NCBI RefSeq assembly: GCF_018350175.1
Contig: NC_058369.1
Location: 3,350,001 to 3,414,000, forward strand
Origin: Felis catus
Lineage: Eukaryota
Length of the DNA: 64,000 nt
Direction of reading: 5' to 3'
Shown: positions 22,757-44,160 of the stretch, in pieces
How the letters are laid out: each line of letters starts with the position of its first letter
Numbering within the stretch: the stretch's first letter is position 1
Program-made: the position numbers and the translations under genes
The notes under the pieces: model-generated
Databases searched by the model: none
What the model was told of the DNA's origin: nothing
Seen by the model: the letters and a program-made list of their open reading frames with translations, nothing else

Positions 22757-23765
22757 TCAGTGGGACTCAGCTGCAACCAGCAGCCGGCCCTTCCAGGCTT
22801 CAGGCCCAGCGCAGCGCGTCGCGTTCCGAGAGAACATCTTGTCTTTATTGGCCACAAGCCACCCGTAGAGGTCTTCCAGGTTCCCATCACAGATCCAGGG
22901 GTTACCAGAGACGTCAAAGCCATCCTTCATGTCCCGGGTGGGCTGCCCCAGGGATGTCCAGAGCCCCTTAGGCGCGCCGGTAAGCAAGTTGTTGGACAGA
23001 TCCAGGAAGTCCAGCTGCCGCAGACCCTGGAGGGCGCCCGCTGCCACGGTGGCCAGCTTGTTGTCATTCAGGAAAAGGTAGCGGAGGTCTGGCTGGGGTG
23101 CCAGGAGCCCCTCGCCAAGCACCTGCAGTCGGTTGCCTTCCAGATGCAGCCTTTCCAACCGCAGGGGGCCTTTCAGAAGGTCTGGGGGCAAAGCCTTCAA
23201 CCGGTTATTGCTGAGGTCAAGGATGCGCAGGGAGGTGACGTTGGCCAACAGCCCTGGGGGCAGGCTCTGGAGGCGGTTGTCGGAAAGGTCCAGATGCCGC
23301 AGGGCTTTCAGGCCGAGCAGCCACGAGGGCTCCAGAGCCTCCAGATGGTTTTCCTTCAGCACCAGGGTGTGGAGAGCAGCCAAGGCCCGGAAGAGGCCGG
23401 GGGGCAGGCGGGCCAGGCGGTTGCGGGTTAGATCCAGCACCCGAAGCAGAGGTGCGGGCAGCAGGAACGTGGGCGAGAGGCTCTCCAGCTGGTTGTTGGA
23501 CAGGTGCAGTTCCTGGAGGCGAGCGAGGCCCCCGAGGGTGTCGTCTGGCAGCCGCGTGAGGTTGAAGAACTCCACCACCAGGTAGACGGTGTCGGCTGGG
23601 AAGCGGCGGGGGATTTGGGCCGGGGGGTGGCAGGAGACGGAGGTGCCGTTGACCGCATGGGACACCACGCAGGCGGCACGGTTGGGGGTGACCTCCCGGG
23701 CGGAGGCCGTAGACAGCAGCAGCAGGAGCAGCGTTCTAGAAAGCCGGGAGTCCAGGCCTCCGGGG
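22757..23765 (-). CDS. LRG1: LRG1 exon 2
   Basis: gcccgcag|C CCC GGA; lies within ORF 22757-23887. Confidence 0.95.
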
Positions 23766-24728
23766 CTGCGGGCAACGACAGAAGAGACACCCGGCTGGGT
23801 GAAAACGTCCCCAGAATCAGCCAGCCCGTTCCTGTCTACTACCTGGGACCATGCCACCGCATTGGTCCCCGGGACGAGTGCAGTCACCTCCTGTTCCTCT
23901 CCTCGCTTCCACCCTCACCCCTCACGGCTGCCAGAGGTAGCTGTTGTTCCAGAGAGAATTCGAACTCTCTGAAGACTGCGTTTCTCTGACCCATAAGTGT
24001 TACCCCTCCCCCTTGCCAGCCTTGCCCCAACGGGTTGTTCATTATTTACAGTCACATGTGCTAATTCCTTCTGCTCTAGCTTGTTTTCTGGGTCATTTCT
24101 TACCTCCCCGGCTCCATATGTTGAAGGCCGGGGCAGCGAACTCCTACTTGTCCTGCGAAGCCCCGGCTCCGATGCTCCCTTGCCCGTGACACTTTCTCCG
24201 ACTTTCCCAAGTTGTCCCCTCTGGGAAACTTTCTGCCCTTTCTGCCCAGCGCCGGCCAAACAAGGTTACTTGCTGTGTCCAGCTCTATCTTGCTCCATAG
24301 ATAGTGCTCGAGGGCAACCCGGGGCTCCAAAGGGAACCCTGAACACGGAAAACGCATCCAGCTTTGTGCAGATCGGAGCAGGCATTTGGCCCTGGGGTGG
24401 GGTGGTTTACAGGCGGCACCGTGATCCTCCCAGGGCTGGGCTTCTGCCCCTCGCGGTCCCTCCAGCAGGCCTCTGGTGGGGTGTTGGTCGGGAGGCGTTG
24501 GTGGGCCTCCCGCTCTCTGTGTGGCCCATGGAGCACTGCTGTAGCAAGTGTGAGTGACAGCGAGTCTGTCCACAGTTAGAGCCTGTCGCTCTGTTCCAGC
24601 CCGTGGGTCTACATCTCGCCCCGTGACCTCCGTGCATCAGATGGAACTGCCTGGAATCCAGCTCTGCCCACCATGGGCAGGGTGGGGGGGACTCACCTGT
24701 GCTTCCGCTGTGGCCTCCGAGAAGACAT
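22757..24728 (-). CDS. LRG1: Leucine-rich alpha-2-glycoprotein 1, 346 aa
   Basis: Exons 24697-24728 and 22757-23765 total 1041 nt. Signal peptide [12 protein letters not shown], repeated LxxLxLxxNxL motifs, LRRCT GNPWICD. Confidence 0.96.
24697..24728 (-). CDS. LRG1: LRG1 exon 1 coding part
   Basis: [12 protein letters not shown]|gtgagt. Confidence 0.9.
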
Positions 24729-24774
24729 GATGGCCTCCCCCTTTTCCATCTGGGCTCGCTCAGCCCGGTGAGGT

Positions 24775-24915
24775 AGCCTTATACCTGCCTGGACTGGGGG
24801 CAGGGCCGCCCGCCCCAGGGAAGTCCTCACCCACGTCCCGTTCCCGTTAGTGGCTGGACCTGAGCCAGGCAAGGGAAGGGGGGTGGTCAGAATTGCAAAA
24901 TTGCTTCCTGGCAGG
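24775..24915 (-). promoter_or_regulatory. LRG1: LRG1 promoter
   Basis: TATAAG at 24778-24783, GC box, GGAAGT ETS core, C/EBP-like ATTGCAAAAT at 24892-24901. Confidence 0.6.
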
Positions 24916-25221
24916 GGAGGGCCGTGCTCCCTTCCCCGCTTGCTTTTACCTGGTGTTTCATCCCCCTGACTCCTGCTTTTGGGGGTGGGTACTCCCAGAG
25001 TCTCTGGGGCTGAATCCTCACTTCCCCCCACTCCAGGAATCAAGGGTCACGTTTGCAAGGCTCCGTTCCCGGGCAGGGGAGGGACAGCTCTCTAAGCAAG
25101 AACTAGTCTTTGCAATAAATCTAAGCAACCAGGAAGTTCAATGGAAGGAACAAAGAGGACTTGTCTTGAATTCATGACATATTGTTGTTGACCTTTTTTC
25201 TAAATGAAATAATTTCTGGGT

Positions 25222-25276
25222 GTTTTGTTTTGTTAATAGTAAGAGAGAGCGTGCAAGCAGGAGTGAGGGGCAGAGG

Positions 25277-25326
<50 letters not shown>

Positions 25327-25450
25327 CCCAAGCAGGCTCCACACTCATCACAGAGCCTGACGGGGGGCTCAATCCCACAACCGTGAGAGCATGACCTGAG
25401 TCGAAGTCAAGAGTCAGACGTTCAACTGACTGAGCCACCCAGGCGCCCCC
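25222..25450 (-). mobile_element. Can-SINE with target-site duplication tgaaataatttct
   Basis: (GA)n tract, ends gagccacccaggcgcccc; duplication at ~25205 and ~25454. Confidence 0.9.
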
Positions 25451-26296
25451 AAGTGAAATAATTTCTAAAAAATAGAATTCAAAAGGGAGTGATGCCTAAA
25501 GTCTCCACAGTCTTCAAACAATGGCCTGGGAGGGACTAAATCATGCTCCGGCTCCCAGCTCTATAGAAACTGCTCTGCTTTGTGATCTTAGGCGAGCGGC
25601 TTAACTTTTCTTGGCCTCGGCTTCCACATCCGTGAAGTGGAACTCAAGTCTCCAAGTGCCCCTTCTGCTCTTTCTTTCTTCATCCGAAGGCTAATGAGCT
25701 ATTTGTTTGGGGTCTCCCTCATTCCCTAATAAATGCATCCGGAAGCTACAAATGTGCCTTTGAGAACTGCTTTGGCTGCACCTCACGGGTTTGGTTACTC
25801 AGCGCTTTCATTCTTGTTGGGTTCTAAACATTCAGCTGTGATGTGTTAACTTTACATGCACCTGGACTTTGGTCACGCCTGGCCATGGCCCAGTCTCTCC
25901 ACAGCCCAATCTCTGAAGAGTTTTGTCTCGAGCCGTGAGAATGAATGTGAGTTCTGTCTTGTGGGCACACAGATTCAGAGACATATGTGCAAGCTGACCG
26001 TAGCAGGCATAAAGAAAGACGGGTGAACACCCTCATGAATACACAGATACAGATACAACACAGAGACACAGACAAAGCAGGACAGAATAACAGACTCGCT
26101 GAGATGGACACACAAAAACAGATATGCACAAAATAGACAAAGGACCCGAATAATAGTTTCCCGAGGAGGACATGCAGATGGTCAACAGGTACATGAGAGG
26201 TTCTCAGCCTCACTCACCCGCAGGGAAATGTAAATCAAAACCACAATGAGATACCACCTCACACCTGTCAGAATGGCTAGTATCAAAAAGACAGAA

Positions 26297-26519
26297 GGGG
26301 CGCCTGGGTGGCTCATTCGATTAAGCATCCAATTTTGGCTCAGGTCATGATCTGTGGGTTCGAGCCCCGCATTGGGCTCTGTGCTCACTGCTCGGAGCCT
26401 GGAGCCTGCCTCGGATTCCGTGTCTCCCTCTCTCTCTGTTCCTCCCCTGCTCATGCTCTGTCCCTCTCCCTCTCAAAAAATAAATAAACATTAAAAAACT
26501 TCTTTAAAATAAAAAAAAA
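26297..26519 (+). mobile_element. Can-SINE
   Basis: ggggcgcctgggtggctca head, A tail. Confidence 0.9.
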
Positions 26520-26701
26520 CTAGAAACAGAGTAGAATGGTGGCTGCCTGGAGCTGGGGGTGCAGGAAATGGGGAGATGTGAGTCTAAGGGTACAAATGCA
26601 TGGTTACAAACTGAATACATCCAGGAGTTGTAACGTACAGCCCGGTGACTATCATTAACGTTGCTGTATTACATACTTGAAAATTGCTAAGAGAGTAGAT
26701 C

Positions 26702-26897
26702 TTTTTTTTTTTTTTTTTTTTTAATTTATTTTGAGAGAGTGGGGGTGGGGCAGAGAGAGGGAGAGAGAGAATCCCAAGCAGGCTCTGCGCTGGCAGCGAA
26801 GAGCCCAACTCAGGGCTGGATTCCACGGACTTTGAGATCATGACCTGAGCTGAAGTCAAGAGTTGGACGCTTAACAGACTGAGCCACCCAGGCGCCC
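26702..26897 (-). mobile_element. Can-SINE
   Basis: Poly-T tail, head in reverse; duplicated agtagatct. Confidence 0.9.
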
Positions 26898-26926
26898 GGT
26901 GGGTGAGTAGATCTTAAATGGTCCCG

Positions 26927-26966
<40 letters not shown>

Positions 26967-27486
26967 GTACCTGAAGCAATGGATGTGTTAACCTTTCATG
27001 GTGCGATATTGGCATGTATCAAACATCTGAAACTTACACAGTGTTGTAGGTGAAACCTCTCACGCGTCCAGGAGAAGCTAGGCGATGTCCTTCCGGTGTT
27101 TTGCATTTGTTTACTAGGCTAACGGTCTCCCCTGGGACAAGGGGGAGCCAGATCTGTCTCGACCACTGCTCCACCCCCAGAGCCCAGCACACAGTAGGTG
27201 CTTCATCGGAAGCGGGCGGGAAGGAAGGGGTGTGAACCCTAAAGGCAAAATGCTACAGAGATCTCTGACCGTGCAATCAGAGCCCGCCCCTTCTTCAAAG
27301 CCTCGGGTGGTTCCCTGTCCCACTTAAACTCCACCAGGCTGGGGGGAGGAGGATGGGGAGTTAATGTGTAATGGAGGCAGGGTTTTAGTTTGGAAAAGAT
27401 GAGAAAGTTCTGGAGGTGGATGGTGGGGATGGGTGCCCAACAGTGTGAACGGACCTCATGCCACTGACCTGTACACTTAAAAAAAA

Positions 27487-27687
27487 TTTTTTTTTAATGT
27501 TTACTTTTGAGAGAGAGAGAGAGACGGCGCATAAGCAGGGGAGGGGCGGAGAGAGAGGGAGACACAGAATCTGAAACGGGCTCCAGGCTCTGAGCTGCCA
27601 GCACGGAGCCCGGCGCGGGGCTCGAACCCACGGACCTTGAGATCATGACCGGAGGCCAAGTCAGATGCTTAACCACAGTCGCCCCCG
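27487..27687 (-). mobile_element. Can-SINE inside an L1 3' UTR relic (~27345-27770)
   Basis: ttttaatgtttac, (GA)n, gggctcgaaccc. Confidence 0.85.
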
Positions 27688-28399
27688 AACTGTGCACTTT
27701 AAAACACTTCCCATGGTGCATTTGAATTCATGTGGATTTATGTGGATTTTGCCACAATAAAAACATTTTTTTACGCTCCTGATCTGTGGGGCCCTGCCTG
27801 CCCCAAGCCCTGGCCCTCCTCTCCCTCCTGATCTGCACCTGCTCCTGCCGCCTCCCCTCCCGGGGCCGCTGTGGCCACCTTGCCCCCTCCTCCAAGCGTG
27901 TTCCCACGTCCCCCACACTGTTCCCTCTGCCCGCACGCCTCCCCACAGCCGCTTTCTCACTCAGCACATCTCAGCTCAAGGGTCACCTCGACAGGCCCTC
28001 CTTGGCCACTCCCCACACCCTCACCCTCTACCTAGCACATTACCTGGCCTTTTCCCCACTGCACACATCACTCCTTCAAATCCAGTCCTAATTTGCAAGT
28101 ACAGGATTGGTCTCCCCAACTAGGCTACGAACTCCATGAGGACAGGGATCTTCGTCCCCGACGGTGCCTGGCATATAGCAAGTGCACAGTAAATATCTGC
28201 TCAAGAACGAATCGGGAACCGGCCCCATCCAGAGGAAGATGCCCCCCCATTTCCACACCCAGCTCCCCAGAATTCTGCTTGCCACCACGAGTGACACAGG
28301 GGCTCCCAGCTGACCCCCGGGGCAACACCGTGGTCCAGGTCCCGCCCCCAGGAGACAGAGCAGAGCCAGAGCCTTGGGGGGCCGGTGGTTGTAAACAGT

Positions 28400-28405
28400 T
28401 TTATT
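28400..28405 (-). terminator. SEMA6B: SEMA6B polyadenylation signal AATAAA
   Basis: tttatt on + strand, ~1 kb after the stop codon. Confidence 0.75.
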
Positions 28406-28808
28406 GATGGGGAGGGGTTGGGGGAGGCAAAGTCCAGAGAGGGTCCAGGACTCAGCTGGCCACTCAGCTGGCATGCATGGTCAGCTGGAGGTCCAGGGGG
28501 AGGTCACGAGGGGACGGGTGGCATGGGACCCTCTGACCACCCTGGGGCCGTATTTACAGTGGGGCCCGCCCGCCTTCCCCGCCCCCGGACCACCAAGCCC
28601 TTTGGACAGCTGCTGCCAATGTGACTTCCGGGCAGGCCCTCCCGGCCCCCCTGCCCGAAACCCCTGCTTGTCTCCCCTCAAAGTCCTAACCGGCACCTTG
28701 GAGGCCCCCCGGCCTTCTGGAAGCCCCGGCGCCGGCTCAGCCAACGCCCAGGCCGCTGGGGCCACCGCCTCGCACACGGACACGTACACGGCACGCGCGG
28801 CCCGCCCC

Positions 28809-28809
<1 letters not shown>

Positions 28810-28851
<42 letters not shown>
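28810..28851. repeat. (CA)n microsatellite in SEMA6B 3' UTR; others at ~26928-26962, 55423-55459, 57653-57704 and 59737-59790
   Basis: Directly visible. Confidence 0.95.
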
Positions 28852-28853
<2 letters not shown>

Positions 28854-29439
28854 CGGCAGCAGCCCTCGTGGGCACACGCACGCGCGCACACACACACGTC
28901 CCTCCCCTTCCTGGCCCCTTGCACACGAACACGGCATGCACACACGCACGCACACCCACACACGCCAGGAACCTGGGTTGAGGAGGGGCGTGGGGGGTGG
29001 GGCTGGGGGTGGGGAGCTCGGGTCGCAGACGCGGCCCCTCCCCATCCCACCGCCTCCAAGCGTTCCCGCCCCGCGTCCCCCTCCCCCCCCTCCCCCGGCT
29101 GACACCCCAAGAACGGAGTTGTGCAATTGGATAGAAATCTGCAAAAGAAACGCCAACTGGAAAACAAACCCAAATCCACGCGCAGAAGGTCAACCTCAAA
29201 TCCATAGCACATTCCTCCCGCCCCCACCCCCGCCCCCACCGCCGCCTCAGTGTCCCGCGGCCCCGGGCGGGGCGGGGCGGGGGCGCCGAGCTCGTTGTGC
29301 TTCCGTGCGGCCGAGGGGGCCCCCCACGCGGGGCGGGGCGGGGCGGGGCGGGGGTCGTGAGCACCCACTGGAGAGCTTGGGCCGGCCCTCTCGCTCCTGG
29401 TTCCCGTGGCTGGCACCGCCGAGGCGTCGGGGCCCCGGC

Positions 29440-38676
<9,237 letters not shown>

Positions 38677-39924
38677 TCAAGGGGGGACAATGGCAAAAAA
38701 AAAAACACCCCCAACCACGGCAGTAACGGTGATGGGCGCCCTTCAGTCTAATTATCAGAAAAACTTTCCGGCCACAGCGCCGTGAAAGCTCAGAAAACGG
38801 TTTCCAACAACTTCGTAGTGACAACGTTTACATAACTTTTGAACAAAGGGGGTTTTCAATCACTGTAAAACGCTGAATGGTCCCGATAGACAGCAACCCT
38901 TCAAGACCCGTATTGAAATAATCCAGCCTCAAAACATATATTCAAGAATCCTTCGAATTAAAACACAACATTCGTAAAATGCAAGGCTCAAACCAACCAC
39001 CGCCACCGCCACCAACAGCGACCCTCAAAGTCTCTTGGAATTTTATAAACCGCCATCTGGGAATAGCCACACTAGAGTCGCAAAATATGCCAGCTGGCCT
39101 GGGACCTCAGAGGCCCCCCCCCCCCCCCCCGTTAGTCTGACTTCCTTCCCAAGTCCGGCCTTTCTGGCCTCGGCTGGAATACCTCTGTGACAGGCACCTC
39201 ACTACCTCTTAAGGGAGCTGGCGTCACCCTCCCGTTGAAGATAACTTGAAGAACCTTCCCGGTGTGTAGAGTGGAGACTTCCCCTCACGTAACGATCGGT
39301 TGATGGAAGTGAGCAGAACTCACCCTCTGGAACCCAGCCCGCCACACCCCTACCCGCAGGAGTGCAGTCCGGACGTCCTGAGTAAGAAACCTGCAGCCTC
39401 GTCCTTCCGGGAAGCCTCGGGCAAGCCCTGTGCCTCAGTTTCCCCTTCTGAGCAGCAGGGACATCGGCACACAGTGTCCTGGCCTCAGAGCCCCAGGTTT
39501 CTGAACCCCTGGAGGTGAAGGTGGTGTGGGAACTTTGGCCCTGGAGTCCCTGCCTCTGAGGATTTGGGGCCAAAAAACAGGAAGGCCTTGCGTGGACCAG
39601 CGTGGCTTCCTCTCCATGACCCTGGGCTTCCGGGATTTGTGACTCAGCAGACGCCCGGATCCCACATGTTCGTGGGACATGGTTCTGCTTCCTTAAGAGC
39701 TTCCTTCCCTGGCCCCTCCCCTGCTCCGGAGCCACCCATGGCTCCCAGTGACCCCGATCTAGGCCCCCGGGGCCACGGCCACCGCAGAGCAGTCAAGTCC
39801 CACAGTGCGGCCGCCGGCCTGCTCTTGCCCGACGAACCCTCCTGCTGCTGGACCCCTGACCTCCTCCCCGACACCTGCCTGGGTCACCCTGGCCTCTCAG
39901 GGGTTCTGTCCTTTTTTTTTTTTT

Positions 39925-40015
39925 TTCCGAACATTTTTCTTTTGACATTGTATTAAATATATATAATATAAATTTACCATCTTAAAAAACCTTTTTTTAC
40001 ATTTTTTAATTTATT

Positions 40016-40051
<36 letters not shown>

Positions 40052-40735
40052 CAAGTAGGGGAGGGGCAGAGAGGGAGGGAGACACAGAATCCAAAGCAGG
40101 CTCCAGGCTCTGAGCTGTCAGCACAGAGCCCGACGCGGGGCTCCGAACTCACAGACCGCGAGATCATGACCTGAGCCGAAGTCGGCCGCTTAACCGACTG
40201 AGCCACCCAGGCGCCCCCTAAATTTACCATCTTAACCATTTTTCAGTATACACGTCAGTTAAGCACATTCACGCTGTCGTGCAACCACCCCCACCCTCCG
40301 TCTCTAGAACTTTCCATCTCCCCAGACTGAGACTCTGTCCCCAGGAAGCACGGACTCCCCGCCCCTGCCCCAGCCCTGGCTCCCGCCATCCACTCTCTGT
40401 CTCTGTGGACGGGACGCCTCTAGGACCCCCTGTGCGTGGGGTCACGCGGGACGCGTCCTTCTGTGTCCGGCTTCTGTCACCACGCACAGTGTCCTCCGGG
40501 TCCATGCACGTGGTGGCGGGCGGCGGGACGTCCTTCCTTCCTAAGGCTGGATCATATTCCAGCGTGTGGATGGACCACATTTTATTTATCCATCTACCTG
40601 TCGACGGAAACGTGTGTTGTTTCCCCCTCTTGGCTATCGCGAGTGATGCTGCTGTGCAGGTGGGTTGGCAAACATCTCTTTGAGACCCTCCTTTCAACTC
40701 CTGTGGGTGCATGCCTAGGAGTGGGGTCAAACAAA
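39925..40735 (-). mobile_element. L1M-type 3' end relic with a nested Can-SINE (40003-40218)
   Basis: aaatttaccatcttaa duplicated around the SINE; typical L1 3' UTR text (ccacattttatttatccat...). Confidence 0.8.
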
Positions 40736-41714
40736 CCTTCCATTCCATTCTGGAGCCTGGCTCCGGAGCCAGGCTCCAAGGGTCCAAATCCCAGCTTTGC
40801 CATTTCCAGGCTGTGTGACCCTGGACAGGTTACTCGCCCCCCCCCCCGCCTCTGGACCTCAGTTTCCTCATCTGTAAAATGGGCACAGTGACCGCACTGA
40901 TCTCATAGGCCTGTGGTGGGTGTTAGCACACCATAGGTGCTCAATAAATGCTGATTATTCTGATTCCTGTTGTTGCTGCTGGCATAGTAAGTACCAGAAG
41001 CGAGGCTGGGGGGTTCCCAGGAATTACTTCACAGAGCCCCCCCGTGGCTGTAGTAGGAGGGGTGTAATATTCGGCCCATTCTGCAGATGGGAAGGCTGAG
41101 GGTCCAATTCGGGGGCTATGGCCCCACGAGAGAGGATGTGGCAGCTGGGTCGAACCCAGGGCTCTCTGGCTTCAGGATTCCGCTCCTAGCTGTTGAGCAT
41201 ACAACTGGTCGCAAGATTAATCATCACCCAGGCCCTTCCCTCGACCCTCCACCCAGAGGGGCTGGCAGTAACTTAAGACCCAGGGCACGGGTGGGCAGAC
41301 CGAGGCCCTGGTTGGGGTGGGACCCCACGGCTAATTTCTTCTCCTGGTTTCCTTAACCTTGTGATGCAGCACCTCGAGGCTGGGAAGTTCATTTCCTCCT
41401 CCTGTCCACCTGCCCCCCTGCCCCACGGATCCATCCAAGGACCCCTGGGTCCCAAACTGGCCTTCTCTCGCCGGAACCCACTGCTCCTACTAGTTTCTCG
41501 ACTTAAGGACAGTCCGGTGGTCCCCCAGGCAAAGAGTGGGGTCTCGACCTCCCCGCCCCTCCCCTGCCCTGAGTGCTCTGTAACCCAGCTCCCGCCTCCA
41601 GTCCCGCCTCCTGCCCCTTCAGTATGCCCCTCGAGGTAGCGAAGGAATCTTTCTAGAATGCAGATCTCACCAGGGTCTCTTCCCCTTGGCACCCGTGGCA
41701 TTCACGCGCCACTG

Positions 41715-41890
41715 TTCTCTCGGGGCGGGGTGGGGGGCTGTCCTGGGCACCGTGGGGTGTCGAGCAGCAGGCTGGCTCCCACCCACTTGATGCCAGGGTC
41801 CCCCTGCAGTGTGACAACCACAGATGTCCCCAGACATTGTCCAGTGTTCCCTGGGAGGCAAAATCACCCCCAGCTGAACGCTTCTGCGCT
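41715..41890 (-). mobile_element. MER20-like relic
   Basis: gtgacaaccacagatgtccccagacattgtccagtgttccctgggaggcaaaatcacccc. Confidence 0.7.
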
Positions 41891-42275
41891 AGACCCTTCT
41901 ATGGCTCCCCAGTATCCTCAAAATGACATCCCAACTTCTCCCCACCTTTCCGTCTCCACCCCTGGACATCTGCACACGCTGTTCCCTCTGCCTGGTTCAC
42001 CTTCCTGCTCCCAGTAGCCTGGTAAACTTGTTTTTCGGGTCTCGGCCGCCTCTTCCAGGAAGCCTTCCCAGATCACCCCAAATGGGCTTCCTCCAGGTTC
42101 CTAGGGGCCTGTGTGTCCCCCATCAGTTCCCTGATCACTCTACCAGCTGTCCGTCTTCCTCACTGGACTGTGAGCCTCCTGAGAGGGCAGGACAGGGTCT
42201 TGGCTGCTATGTGTCCCCACCACCCAGGGCAGGGCCCGGCATACAGTGGGAGCTCAATACACAATAAAGGCAGCA

Positions 42276-42518
42276 GGAGTGCCTGGGTGGCTCAGTCGTT
42301 TCAGTGTCTGGCTCTCGGTTTCAGCTCAGGTCATGATCTCCTGGTTCATGAGTTCGAGCCCCACATCGGGCTCTGTGCCGGCAGCTGGGAGCCTGGAGCC
42401 CGCTTCGGATTCTGTGTCTCCCTCTCTCTCTCTGCCCCTCCCCCGCCCCCGCTCTGCCTCTCTCTTTCAAAAATGCATAAACGTTAAAAAAATTTTTTTT
42501 TAATTAAAAGAAAAAAAT
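42276..42518 (+). mobile_element. Can-SINE
   Basis: gcctgggtggctcagtc head, (CT)n tract, A tail. Confidence 0.88.
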
Positions 42519-43927
42519 ACAGGTGGCAAACGCCAAGCACCTGCTCCTCGCCAGACATTGCAAAAACCGAAGCGGACTCATTGAATCCAAGCACAACTAA
42601 CCCAAGAGGTGGGTGCCGTTAACGTGCCCCTTATGCAGATGGGGAGACTGAGGTGCGTTGGCCCAAATGGAAGCACGGAGCTGAGACTGAAACCTGTTCG
42701 GCCCACATTAGTTATTTGGATTATAATGCAGAACTGAAACCCACATGCCCTTTCTGGGAAGCCCGGGCTCCTCGGGGGCCCACCCGCTGCGCGTGGCCTC
42801 AGTTTACCCCCTGACCCGGGGTTATGGAGGCCTCAGCACGTCCCCCCCGTCCCCCCCAGACCATCTGCTCCTCTCCATGAAACTCGAGGCGCCCCTGCCA
42901 GCAGCCCCGAGGACAGACACTCGTGCCCTTGGGGAGCAGAAGGGACGGTCATAGAGCAATAGAGCGTCAGCCCCCATCCGGGAGGGCTCACGCTGGGGCA
43001 GGGCCTCTCCCCTGGAACCCCGACCATCGGGCCACCTCTTGGCGCACCCTCCCATTGTACAGACGGGAAGACTGAGGCCGACGGAGACATCCCTCAAGCC
43101 TTCTCCACCTCCTCCGCTGGCCCGGAGGCCCTCCTGTCTGCCCCGTACCGTACCGCTCTGAGGCACGGTCCAGTTTCCTTCCGGAAAACTCCCACCCGGC
43201 CCTCCTTCAGGCCCAGGCCCAGGCGTCGGGGCTACGCTCCCCGCCCCACCCCCACCGGCACTTCGGTATAAATTTTAGGATCAGCTGGTAAGTTGCAAAC
43301 CACAGAGAAAACATAAAACCTGGCGGGGGTTTTCACCGGAACAGTGCCGATCATACAGATCAGGTGGATCTGCTGACTGCCAGCTAGTGCTCCCCCCGCT
43401 CCTCCCTCCCCCCCCCCCCCCCCCCGCCGTCATCCCTGCCTCCGCTGATGCCTCAGGCCCCGCCTGCGAATCTTCCCCCGCCCCCAGCCTCATTCCCTCA
43501 CCCTCACGCCCAACGCCGGCAAGCCCCGTGGGCTCTGCCTTCACAGTTATCCGGAATTCTCACCCCTTCCCTTCCCAGTCCGCTCCCGGGGCGCCCGCCT
43601 CATCTACCGCGCGGACCAGCGCGGTCCCCCCGCAACCCCGGTTCTCAGGCTCCCGCCCTCGCCCCCAGCCGTCATCCCCGCAGCGGCCACCGGAGGGCGC
43701 CCGTGAGCACCGGAGTCAGGTCCCGCCCCCCTCCCCCCGCCTCCGCCCACAGCCCTCGAGGGCTCCCACCTCCTTTCACCTTAGTAGCCCCTACCCTTTC
43801 CCCGCACCCCTGCTCCCCTCCCCACCCGGTGTCACACTCCCAAAGGGTCCGATTTAGCCCGTTTGCCACTCCTCAGACCTGTAGCATCAGCCTCACTTGG
43901 GAGCCCTTAGAAATACAGAATGGGGGA

Positions 43928-44160
43928 GGGGGCGCCTGGGGTGGGGGGGCTCCAGGGAGCCAAGCGCCCAACTTGGGCTCAGGTCATGATCTCGCGGTTC
44001 CGAGTTCCAGCCCCACGGTGGGCTCTGTGCTGACAGCTGTGAGCCAGCAGCCTGATTCCGATTCTGTGTCTCCCTCTCTCTCTGCCTCTCCCCCGCTCAC
44101 GCTCTGTCTCTCTCTCGCTCTCAAAAATAAATTAAAAAAAAAAAATTCTTTTTTTTTTTT
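43928..44160 (+). mobile_element. Can-SINE inserted in a MER5-like relic
   Basis: Flanked by a ttagaaat(a/g)caga duplication. Confidence 0.82.

Larger units (their letters stand above)
26130..27045 (+). mobile_element. Old L1 fragments (ORF2 3' end and 3' UTR) interrupted by SINEs
   Basis: gggaaatgtaaatcaaaaccacaatgagataccacctcacacctgtcagaatggct and tacttgaaaattgctaagagagtagat resemble L1M. Confidence 0.75.

Noticed and set aside
22478..23431. 317-aa plus-strand ORF
   Set aside because: Antisense to LRG1 exon 2; no recognisable domain.
23766..23887. N-terminal extension of the LRG1 ORF in the ORF track
   Set aside because: Intronic read-through upstream of the acceptor at 23765.
24729..24749. 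In-frame upstream ATG of LRG1 (MEKGEAI-)
   Set aside because: Only ~30 nt from the TATA element, so at or within a few bases of the expected start site; unlikely to initiate efficiently.
38760..39060. AT-rich stretch upstream of the first SEMA6B coding exon
   Set aside because: I could not assign it; probably a degraded repeat, with no structure I can support.
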